From Octopus vulgaris (Eukaryota), in the NCBI GenBank assembly GCA_951406725.2, contig OX597814.1, positions 192,448,001 to 192,512,000 of the forward strand: 64,000 nucleotides of DNA, given 5' to 3'. Shown here in pieces: positions 26,601 through 34,297 of this stretch. The translations under genes were made by a program, and so were the position numbers. The notes beneath the pieces were generated by a model. The model made no database searches. It saw only the letters and a program-made list of their open reading frames with translations, and was not told where the DNA came from. The number at the start of each line of letters is the position of its first letter. Within the stretch, counting starts at the first letter, position 1.

Positions 26601-29600
26601 TAAAACTCTGCTTGCGAAGACCTGTTGAGGCAAGTGAAATCAAAATCAAAATCAAATTCGATGACTGGCGTCCGTGCTAGCAGGGTGCAAAGAGCACCAT
26701 ACAAGTGTGATCATTGACAGAGCAGCTAACCGGCTTCCATGCTGGTGGCACTTAAGAGGCACCATTCAAGTGTGATTGTTGCCAGTGTTGCCTTACTGGC
26801 ACTCGAGCCACGTACTAGTAGGGTATTAAGAGCACCATCCAAGCGTGATTGTTGCCAGAGTGGCTATCTGGCCTCCATGCCGGTGGCACGTAAAATGCAC
26901 CATTTGAGTGTGATCGTTACCAGCATCGCCTTACTGGCACCTGTGCCGGTGGCATGTGTAAAAAGATTTGAATGCGGTTTTTTGCCAGTACCACCTGACT
27001 GGCCCCATGCCAGTGGCACGTAAAAGTACCCACTACACTCTCAGAGTGGTTGGCGTTAGGAAGGGCATCCAGCTGTAGAAACTCTGCCAGATCAAGATTG
27101 AAGCCTGGTGCAGCCATCTGGTTCGCCAGTCCTCAGTCAAATTGTCCAACCCATGCTAGCATGGAAAGTGGACATTAAACAATGATGATGATGATCAACA
27201 TCAAGTGTGTCATCTATAATTGTGTGTGTGCAGTATGTCTTCCTGTAGAGAAGAGTCAGTTGTTAGAGGATTTGTTGGAACTAAGGTTCATTCAATGCTC
27301 AGAAGTCTTGGACTCTGCAAAAGAGAGAAAAGATATTGCCACAAAACTGCTGCAAGCTGCTGAGAAAGCATGCTAAGAGAGATGAGTGGTGCAGCAAGAA
27401 CAAGCATTGAGGATGGTGGGAACATCTGGCCCAGAGTCACAATATCTGACTCAACAAAGCCCATGTTGTTGTGTAGGAATTTTATCGCCGACATCAGTGG
27501 GTGACCCCAGGCAGCTCCAGTGTTGCAGTAGAGGGGGCCAAAATACCTACAGAGCTGCTTCATCATATGATGAGACATTAGCTACTACATAGACTGGCTT
27601 CTGTGCTGGTGGCACGTAAAAAGCACCATCTGAATGTGGACGATGCCAGCACCGTTTTGTTTGGCTTCCATGCCGGTGGCACATAAAAAGCACCAATCCG
27701 ATCGTGGCCGTTGCCAGCCTCGCCTGGCACGTAAAAAGCACCCACTACACTCACGTAGTGGTTGGCGTTAGGAAGGGCATCCAGCTGTAGAAACACTGCT
27801 AGATCAGATGGGAGCCTGGAGCAGCCTTCTGGCTTCCCAGATCCCCGGTCGAACCGGCCAACCCATGCTAGCATGGATAACGGACATTAAACGATGATGA
27901 TGATGATGATGATTTGGAGTAGAGTACAGCAGCACCCTTAGCGCAGGAATATTTACCATAAAGCTTGGTGCAGTCCTCTGGCTCATCAACTCCTATTAAA
28001 CTGTCCAACCAATGGCAATGTGGAAAATGTGTTAAATAGTGATGATGATCACGATATCATTTATGGCTACATGCAGTGAGTGTATTTATTACTCTGTTTG
28101 TAGATGTGTGTCTTTGAGTTATATAATTTGTAGCTTGTTTGTGGTTGTTCATCATGATGCATAACTTTTTCAGATTTTGCTCTGAACAGATTCGTATTAA
28201 ACATGTGAATCTGTTTTTATATATTAGCAATAATCAAGAATAATAAGAGAGAAACTACCATCAACTAATTTTTCTTTAGCCCTTTCCATACAAACCTGGC
28301 TCTGGCTCTCTAGTACACCACCACCTCCTTCTTCTACTTTATCTAACCCTTTCGATACCAACCTGGCTGAAACTGGCTCTGGCTCTGTAATACAAATGTC
28401 TTATTTTCATAAGTTTTGAATTAAAATCTTCCACCTAACCTTAGTCACAAATTATGTTCCTAACACCAGATTAATGATAACTAAGTTATTTTACTAAATT
28501 CTTTGTTATAGTTAAAAGTAATTGAAAAGAAACGCAGAGCATCTCAACAGAAATATGGGAACAAAAGGGTTAATCCTTGCTGTTTCCTCTATGCATTTCT
28601 TATATACTTTTTTTAAAGTTGACAGGATAGGAACTTAAAATCAACAAATTATCATTGCTGCCTTCATTGTTATAATATTGCCATTATCTGTTTTAGCTAA
28701 GATGTTGAACTGGCAGAATTGTTAGCACACCAGACAAAATGCTTAACAAAATTTCTTGTGTCTCTTTATATTTTGAGTTCAAATTCTGCCACAGTACTTT
28801 GCAAGCTTGGCTTTTTTTACCTCTTCTTATGAGGATCAAATGTTGGAGCTGTCGCATTACTGTGTCCGCATCTGCATTTCTAGTTTTCCAATTCAGTCTT
28901 TTGTTTTCCATCACCCATAAATATGACCGAGACATTTAAACTTCTCCATTTGCAGACTCTGATTATTCTTTTTTTTTTTTTTTTTTTTTTTACCTCTGTT
29001 TAAACAGATGGAGTCAATAGAACTAGTCCCTGGAGTCAAAATCAAAGATGACAAAACAACAAAATCTGGCCCCAAAATCGTAAGTATTATATCAAGTGTT
29101 AAGAAGTTCAACTCACAATCTCATGGTTCTAGTTTCAATCCCACTGCACTGCACCATGGACATGTGGTTTCCACCATAAACAAGGGTCAACCAATACTTT
29201 GCAAGTGCAACTTGGTAGATGTAAGTTGTGCAATGCATAATATATATATATATATATATTATTATTCTTTTACTTGCTTCAGTCATTTGACTGTGGCCAT
29301 GCTGGTGCACCTCCTTAAAGGGTTTTTAGTAAAAAAAATCGACCCTAGGACTTATTTTTTGTAAGCCTAATACTTATTCAATCAGCCTCGTTTGTCAAAT
29401 TGCTAAGTTACAGGGACAAACACACCAGCATCGGTTGTCAAGTGATGGAAGGGGGACAAACACACACACACACACACATAAATACATATATATCTATAAT
29501 ATAAATTGGACATGGGCGATCGTTGTATTCTTTCTTGTCTTGAGGTTCACAGCCAAACGACTGGGTGGATTCGCATGAAAAATGGCACACATGTGGAGAC

Positions 29601-30815
29601 AGGTGCATAGATTGGAATGCAGTTTGTATTTTTTTCCTAACCCCCATACTTACCGAGAAAATTGATTAAAAATGTTCTAATGGAATTTCCCTCTTTCTTC
29701 TGCCATTAAAACAACCAGTTGCTTAGAAGCTGTTTTCTGACGGGGTGGGGTCAGGAAATTTTCATATAGTTGGAGACTCCAATTGAAACAGGGGACCCGA
29801 AATGATAAGGTTGACAAATGCTGTTATAGATTATGCCTAACCGAAAACGATCACAGCCACATCATCCAAACAGACTGGGTAAAACTGGGCTTAGCGGCTA
29901 GTATATATATATATATATATACATATATATATCATCATCATCGTTTAACGTCCGCTTTCCATGCTAGCATGGGTTGGACGGTTCAACTGGGGTCTGGCAA
30001 GCTTGAAGGCTGCACCAGGCCAGTCAGATCTGGCAGTGTTTCTATAGCTGGATGCCCTTCCTAACGCCAACCACTCCGAGAGTGTAGTGGGTGATTTTAT
30101 GTGCCACCGACACAGGTGCCAGACGAGGCTGGCAGACGGCCACACTCGGATGGTGTTTATATGTGCCACCGCCACAGGTGCCAGACGAGGCTGGCAGACG
30201 GCCACGCTCGGATGGTGTTTTTATGTGCCACTGACACAGGTGCCAGACGAGGCTGGCGAACGGCCACGCTCGGATGGTGTTTGTTACGTGCCCTCAGCAC
30301 GGAGGCCAGTCGATGCGGTACTGGCTACGGTCACGTTCGGATGGTTTTCTTATGTGCTACCGGCACTGGTACCACAAGGATACAAATTCCATTGATGTTC
30401 ATCTATTTTGATTTGGTTTGATTTGATTTGATTTGATATATACACACACAGGGCTTCTTTTAATTTCTGTCTACCAAATCCACTCACATGGCTTTGATTA
30501 GCCCAAAGCTATATGAGAAAACATATATTTTTAAAAAATAATTACTTCAGTATTTTCATCATTCCTCAGTCATTATTTGGATCTCTTTATCCTTTCACAA
30601 TTAACGGTATTGTTTCTTCTATTTTTCTTTTTACCTTCTTTTGCAAGCGTGAACCTACAGACCATGCGTATAACGAAGATGGTCTGAACAGAATGGAAAA
30701 TGACATACCTCCAACTGAGAATAATTCACAGTCATTAGACAGAAAGACAGCTTTACCAGAAAATTTTTGTTTACCTCCAATCACTTCAAACACTTCGTTT
30801 CATAAGCCATTGTAA
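2244..30815 (+). CDS. C2orf81: C2orf81-like (DUF4639) protein, 11 coding exons, 433 aa
   Basis: Exons 2244-2341, 5222-5384, 7370-7439, 10638-10803, 13334-13442, 15248-15406, 18899-18999, 22651-22775, 26007-26077, 29008-29079, 30648-30815. All introns are GT-AG with consistent phase; total 1302 nt. In-frame TAA at 2238 precedes the ATG. Motifs EIVPGKLSEQQW, YLERQLLPYTV, EWNFLRRDE, DNWA, LDPDQLP and ELVPGV match the C2orf81 family as I recall it (DIVPGRLSEAEW, EWRFLARDE, DSWA, LDPARLP). Confidence 0.88.
3158..3320 (-). mobile_element. R4/Dong-like LINE 3' remnant
   Basis: QKIALVGTAHILCKTLSVQ* followed by a 3' UTR abutting (AAT)n. Confidence 0.7.
3783..4242 (-). mobile_element. R4/Dong-like non-LTR retrotransposon 3' fragment (restriction-like endonuclease domain)
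   Basis: ORF 3879-4217: RRLDIV..CLIIDMSVP..EKVDKYEDL..IPIVIGALG..LLGTVRIL; (ATT)n on both sides. Confidence 0.85.
5222..5384 (+). CDS. C2orf81: C2orf81-like coding exon 2 (LEFQEGYKNEEFASEIVDDIVNIVLTKAYEIYLERQLLPYTVNAAIEALTLLVE)
   Basis: Long polypyrimidine tract plus cag; donor gtaaac; phase 2 to 0. Confidence 0.9.
7370..7439 (+). CDS. C2orf81: C2orf81-like coding exon 3 (WNFLRRDESQVSPILQPGWISSE)
   Basis: tttcag acceptor, gtaaag donor, phase 0 to 1; conserved WxFLxRDE motif. Confidence 0.9.
7632..8047 (+). mobile_element. tRNA-derived SINE family B with a CORE-like block (representative copy)
   Basis: Head ggagtggctgtgtggtaag, ggcaccttgggcaagtgtc block, internal TA/TG microsatellite, (gagtaaaa)n tail. 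Other copies near 6053-6500, 15781-16188, 19010-19408, 22180-22612, 23260-23816, 29263-30512, 34555-35298, 41225-41550, 46240-47384, 56330-56732, 59710-60108, 60298-60716. Confidence 0.88.
8263..9490 (+). repeat. Tandem array of a 184-bp SINE-A segment (6 apparently identical units plus 1 diverged)
   Basis: ggggttga recurs at 8281, 8465, 8649, 8833, 9017, 9201 and 9385. Confidence 0.95.
10638..10803 (+). CDS. C2orf81: C2orf81-like coding exon 4 (ESVRPEIDNWAPRHY...QHEAHG)
   Basis: ttttag acceptor, gtagtt donor, phase 1 to 2; DxWA motif. Confidence 0.85.
12886..13106. mobile_element. piggyBac-like MITE
   Basis: TTAA|CCCTTTAG...CTAAAGGG|TTAA. Related copies at 56032-56250, 20252-20810 (split by a SINE-E) and about 50720-50920. 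Confidence 0.75.
13334..13442 (+). CDS. C2orf81: C2orf81-like coding exon 5 (TENEHHSPKRRKMK...TSLK)
   Basis: tcttag acceptor, gtaaga donor, phase 2 to 0. Confidence 0.8.
14440..14760 (-). mobile_element. Penelope-like pLTR remnant with a hammerhead motif
   Basis: Minus strand CTGATGA-AGC...GCA-GAAA-CAGCTG-TA in an AT-rich block between TA microsatellites; boundaries approximate. Confidence 0.55.
14518..14625 (-). ncRNA. Type I hammerhead ribozyme motif with a palindromic stem III
   Basis: CUGAUGA core (14615-14609); stem II GC(A)UCAUUA/UAAUGA(A)GC; GAAA-CAGCUG-UA; bulged, wobble-rich stem I. Confidence 0.5.
15071..15203. repeat. (TA)n microsatellite (representative of dozens of TA, CA, ATT and GAT tracts)
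   Basis: Direct inspection. Confidence 0.95.
15248..15406 (+). CDS. C2orf81: C2orf81-like coding exon 6 (QTNEGGTKTLK...AKKQLK)
   Basis: Polypyrimidine tract plus cag, gtatgg donor, 159 nt open, phase 0 to 0. Confidence 0.8.
16210..16840 (-). mobile_element. CR1/L2-group LINE 3' end
   Basis: ORF 16358-16840: RPHLEFASPVWNP..LEAIQRRATK..TRGH..FFTLRV..WNKLP; terminal gtgcacctgagcac stem-loop then (ATT)n. Confidence 0.88.
17047..17160. mobile_element. Mariner-type terminal fragment
   Basis: ta-tgagggtgtgctgaaaagt resembles mariner TIR starts (from memory); no partner TIR seen. Confidence 0.45.
17160..17960 (-). mobile_element. RTE-clade LINE internal fragment (RT domain, decayed)
   Basis: Minus strand WELLYADDLVLV near 17805-17840, a Cys-rich CSICRKG..CTWC..HKRC segment, and KGRLYDACV. 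Confidence 0.85.
18278..18478. repeat. Double-foldback structure in a TA microsatellite
   Basis: 29-bp inverted repeat around (TA)11, plus ~60-bp inverted arms at 18329-18388 and 18420-18478. Confidence 0.85.
18548..18787. mobile_element. Foldback/MITE element
   Basis: Terminal tattcagttgtgtctggggaga / tcttccccagacacaacagaata; perfect 31-bp central hairpin at 18612-18676. Confidence 0.75.
18899..18999 (+). CDS. C2orf81: C2orf81-like coding exon 7 (ESQKSVDCKDVILDSDGNIVGMSKLDPDQLPSNR)
   Basis: tag acceptor, gtatgt donor, phase 0 to 2; LDPxxLP motif. Confidence 0.85.
19778..20008 (-). mobile_element. tRNA-derived SINE family A (representative copy)
   Basis: Head ggcgagctggcagaaacgttag..gagttcaaattcc (A/B boxes), body gactttgcctttcatcctttcggggtcgat, tail aaagaaata, TSD gttctgaaacc. 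Other copies near 1-186, 1782-1950, 2545-3110, 3568-3765, 4280-5065, 9495-9690, 11120-12040, 21953-22166, 32551-32783, 37668-38078, 46985-47218, 47480-48140, 48443-48663, 49239-49459, 55747-55976. Confidence 0.88.
20851..21683 (+). mobile_element. Possible solo LTR
   Basis: TG...CA ends with a CCAAT box (~20988), TATAAAA (~21057) and AATAAA (~21590) in LTR order; no TSD found. Confidence 0.35.
22651..22775 (+). CDS. C2orf81: C2orf81-like coding exon 8 (VRVKYHIQECSIP...RRPQQ)
   Basis: ttttgcag acceptor, gtgagt donor, phase 2 to 1. Confidence 0.85.
22844..23259 (-). mobile_element. Solo LTR (Gypsy-like), 416 bp
   Basis: TG..CA ends; 4-bp TSD actc/attc (one mismatch) splitting a SINE-B tail; AATAAA on minus; homologous to 24708-25349. 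Confidence 0.8.
24017..24335 (-). mobile_element. Unclassified TA-anchored repeat related to the 18329-18410 element
   Basis: Shares gccat(c/t)tgaatatggcta...tactgt...tagccccagg with the 18.3-kb foldback; abuts (TA)n. Confidence 0.5.
24708..25349 (+). mobile_element. Solo LTR of the same family, with a nested family-C copy
   Basis: tggt|TGTAGTGAC...CCTGTTACA|tggt with an exact 4-bp TSD; family-C insert at 25010-25204. Confidence 0.85.
26007..26077 (+). CDS. C2orf81: C2orf81-like coding exon 9 (GKLPKKNSHFGTSEYVLSSNFLSL)
   Basis: tttacag acceptor, gtaaga donor, phase 1 to 0. Confidence 0.78.
26550..27195 (+). mobile_element. Non-autonomous retroposon family C with ~65-bp internal modules and a (GAT)n tail (representative copy)
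   Basis: Conserved 3' block gagtggttggcgttaggaagggcatccagctgtagaaac...catgctagcatggaaagcggacgttaaacgatgatgat. Other copies near 12230-12634, 24405-24625, 25010-25204, 27590-27912, 29930-30436, 31005-32300, 34797-35135, 36132-36660, 41965-42258, 48190-49210, 63200-63467. Confidence 0.85.
28347..28569. mobile_element. Second TTAA-type MITE family
   Basis: ctaa|CCCTTT...AAAGGG|TTAA termini with a different internal sequence. Confidence 0.6.
29008..29079 (+). CDS. C2orf81: C2orf81-like coding exon 10 (MESIELVPGVKIKDDKTTKSGPKI)
   Basis: Poly-T tract plus cag, gtaagt donor, phase 0 to 0; LxPGV motif. Confidence 0.85.
29493..29901 (+). mobile_element. Non-autonomous Helitron
   Basis: A|TCTATAATATAAA...CTAG|T with a degenerate subterminal hairpin; nested in a SINE-B microsatellite. 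Confidence 0.7.
30648..30815 (+). CDS. C2orf81: C2orf81-like terminal coding exon (REPTDHAY...SFHKPL*)
   Basis: Polypyrimidine tract plus aag acceptor, open to TAA at 30813-30815, AATAAA downstream. Confidence 0.75.
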   Translation, partial: REPTDHAYNEDGLNRMENDIPPTENNSQSLDRKTALPENFCLPPITSNTSFHKPL

Positions 30816-30881
30816 TTTGGTCAACTGACATTCACCCTAATCTCAAACTAACTGAGAAATAATATTTTTAAGAAATTCAGA

Positions 30882-30887
30882 AATAAA
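30882..30887 (+). terminator. Polyadenylation signal of the C2orf81-like gene
   Basis: AATAAA about 65 nt after the stop, followed by T/GT-rich sequence. Confidence 0.6.
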
Positions 30888-31816
30888 AAATAATGCTTTA
30901 TTGTTTTGTTTAAAATATATTTTCTCGATTTTGTTTTTTTCTTTTTGAGTAACACCAGTCTGCTTTGTTCAAAATACAGGTATCATCATCACCATAATCA
31001 TCATCATCATCATCGTTTAACGTCCGCTTTCCATGCTAGCATGGGTTGGACGATTTTGACTGGAGGCTGGCGAGCCAGATGGCTGCACCAGGCTCCAATC
31101 TGATCTGGCAGAGTTTCTACAGCTGGATGCCCTTCCTAATGCCAACCACTCAGAGAGTGTAGTGGGTGTTTTTTACGTGCTACTGGCATGTGGGCCAGTC
31201 AGGTGGTACTGGCAACGACCTCGCTTGAATCTTTTTACACATGCCACCGGCACAGGTGCCAGTAAGGCAACACTGGTAATGATCATGCTCAAATGGTGAT
31301 TTTTACGTGCCACCAGCACGGAAGCCAGTTAGCCACTCTGTCAACGATCACACTCGTGCTCTTTGCACCCTGCTAGCACGGATGCCAGTCATCGAATTTG
31401 ATTTTGACTTCACTTGCCTCAACATGTCTTCGCAAGCAGAGTTTAGTGTCCAAAGGAAAAGGTACGCATAAGTGGGCTGGTTACACCCCTGGCATAGGCC
31501 ACAAGGTTATGGTCTCATTTGGCTTGCTGGGTCAATCATCATCATCATCGTTTAACGTCCGTTCTCCATGCTAGCATGGGTTGGACGGTTCGACCGGAGT
31601 TCTGGGAGGCCAGAAGGCTGCACCAGGCTCCAGTCTAATCTGGCAATGTTTCTACAGCTGGATGCCCTTCCTAACGCCAACCACTCCGTGAGTGTAGTGG
31701 GTGCTTTTTACGTGCCACCTGCACAGGTGCCAGGCGGGGCTGGCAACGGCCACGGTCAGATTGGTGTATTTTATGTGCCACCGGCACGGAAGCCAGTCGA
31801 GGCGGTGCTGGCATCG

Positions 31817-32297
31817 GCCACGAGTCGGATAGTGCTTTTTACGTACCACCAGACCAGGGATCCTGGCTGGTTCAATTCGATTTCGATTTCGCTTGCCCCA
31901 ACATGTCTTCACAAGCAAAGGGGGTTGGCAAGGGTGCCTGTCGTACGGTCGCATTGGAGTATTTTACGTGCCACAGCCACGAGTCGGATAGTGCTTTTAC
32001 GTACCACCAGACCAGGGATCCTGGCTGGTTCAATTCGATTTCGATTTCGCTTGCCCCAACATGTCTTCACAAGCAAAGGGGGTTGGCAAGGGTGCCTGTC
32101 GTACGGTCGCATTGGAGTATTTTACGTGCCACAGCCACGAGTCGGATAGTGCTTTTTACGTACCACCAGACCAGGGATCCTGGCTGGTTCAATTCGATTT
32201 CGATTTCGCTTGCCCCAACATGTCTTCACAAGCAAAGGGGGTTGGCATGGGTGCCTGTCGTACGGTCGCATTGGAGTATTTTACGTGTCACGGCCAC
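31817..32297. repeat. ~159-bp tandem triplication within a family-C element
   Basis: Unit start gccac recurs at 31817, 31976, 32134 and 32293. Confidence 0.92.
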
Positions 32298-33757
32298 GGA
32301 TTATATGATTATTATTTAACATATGCTTTCCATGTTGGACACTGTGACAGGATCTAGTGAACCACAGGGCATCGTATCAAGCTCCAATGTCAGCTTTGGT
32401 ATGGTTTCTATGGCTAAATTCCTTTCTTTTACAGAGTGTACTGGGTGCCTTTCTTTTCTGCCATTGGTACTAGTGAGGTCACCACGTAACTTTGCAAGAC
32501 AAGAATAGGAAAAAGGGAAAAGCCCCTTGACCAAGGGTGGCTGGTATTTAAGGCAGCGAGCTGGCAGAAACGTTAGCACACCGGGCGAAATGCGTAGCCG
32601 TATTTCGTCTGCCGCTATGTTCTGAGTTCAAATTTCACCAAGGTTAACTTTGCCTTTCATCCTTTTGGGGCCTGATAAATTAAGTACCAGTATTGCACTG
32701 GGGTCGATATAATTGACTTAATCCGTCTGTCTGTCCTTCTTTGTCTCCTCTGTGTTTAGCCTCTTGTGGGTAGTAAAGAAATAGGTATTTAAGACAGGGG
32801 CAGTGGTTTAATGCCAGGTGTAGAGATGCTAAAGTACGGTAGAGGGACAAACCCAGGTAACATGAGAAATAGATCTAAATGAGACCTATGCAAATGAAAA
32901 TAGCATTCTTCAAACTAGTTTTGGAGCAAGCCTCATGTTAAGATGTCAAGACAAAGAAACACATGTAAACATATTATGTCTACATATATATGATAGGCTT
33001 CCATCTACTAAATCCACTCATAAGGCTTATGCTGGCCCAGGGCTATAAAAGACACTTGCTCAAGGTGCCTCACAGTGGAATTGAAACTCCAAATCATGTG
33101 ATGGGGAGACAAACTTCTTAAGACACAGCCATGTTAACTCTACTGATATCAATGCTAAGGGGCCTGGTAAGCAGTTATGCCTGAGGGCTTTTAATGCTTT
33201 CAGTTTGCCCCGTTCACATGGATTCACGTACTTGCATGTATCAACATGAGACCAGTGAATAGGAAAAATACAAAGGCCCCTGATTTTAGAAAGCAATATT
33301 CTTAAGTTCCATATCATTTATCTTTCATAAACTGAAAACAAAATAAACACACTCATATGTCAATCATCCATTTAAATACAAAGTATAAAGTTATAATAAA
33401 TAAGAAGCTGAAATAATTACACCATAAATAAAATAAACTATACAATCGTTCAGTGTTTCAGTGTGTTGAGTTACCATGTTTTCCAGTATACAAGTCGGAT
33501 TTTTTAGACCAAATTTCACAGCCAAAAAAAAAAAAAAAACCGGTAGACCAACTTATACACCAAAGCAACTTCAGAGGACCAAAAATCCCATGTGAAATGC
33601 AACAGGATTTCGAAAGCTAGTGATGATATTTAAATATTTAGACGACATGTTTCCAATATATAATACATTGACATGTATGTCAGAGAATACAGTAAATTTT
33701 GAGATTCTACAGAATATTTGTTTTGACAAAGTTGTGAAATAGCTAATGTCACAGGGG

Positions 33758-34297
33758 TCATTGTTTCTTCAAGAAACTCAGTTCAACTTTTAGAAAGGCT
33801 TTCAAACTGACATCCTCAATTGTTTCGATATCTTTCAAGGCTTTATCTATACCATCTGCACTATAAAATTCCTTCATTTCTTCAGCATATGCAATCCAAA
33901 CACAATTTGCACAGCCACTCATACAACAGTCTGTTGGCGGATCGGGTGGAGCTTTTGTTACTTTACAAACAGGATTTTCTTTTGTTACTAAATCTTCATT
34001 TAATTTGTTTTCTTCATAAAATTCCTGCATAAAATCTGAACGAGTTTTATCTGTGGAACTCTTGTTTTGAGAAACAGAGCTAATAATGTGAGTTCCTTTA
34101 TCTTTTTCTGAATTGCTAAGATGGTCTGACTTGGTGGTAATTTCTTGAGATGTTTGACTGACCCCCGATGTATTAGAATGGTCCTTTACTAAACACCGGT
34201 GACATGTATGTTGAATATAATTGACATCCTTAGAGATATTGAAGACAGGAGTTCTGATGAACCTGATACCAGGTGTTAATACTCTGTGCACAGGCAT
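33758..34297 (-). CDS. OXLD1: Oxidoreductase-like domain-containing protein 1, 179 aa
   Basis: C-terminal PPDPPTDCCMSGCANCVWIAYAEE...IEDVSLKAFLKVEL is the OXLD1 signature. The N-terminus is Arg-rich and acid-poor, like a mitochondrial presequence. In-frame stop upstream at 34333-34331; candidate acceptors at 34301-34300 and 34372-34371. Confidence 0.93.
   Translation of the reverse strand: MPVHRVLTPGIRFIRTPVFNISKDVNYIQHTCHRCLVKDHSNTSGVSQTSQEITTKSDHLSNSEKDKGTHIISSVSQNKSSTDKTRSDFMQEFYEENKLNEDLVTKENPVCKVTKAPPDPPTDCCMSGCANCVWIAYAEEMKEFYSADGIDKALKDIETIEDVSLKAFLKVELSFLKKQ

Noticed and set aside
26660-27030. CRISPR-like repeat-spacer appearance of family-C modules
   Set aside because: The spacers are homologous to each other, the repeats are degenerate and embedded in a dispersed eukaryotic retroposon, and there are no cas genes.
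31568-32357. ORFs of 193 and 138 aa
   Set aside because: They are translations of family-C tandem units; the same peptides recur at every copy.
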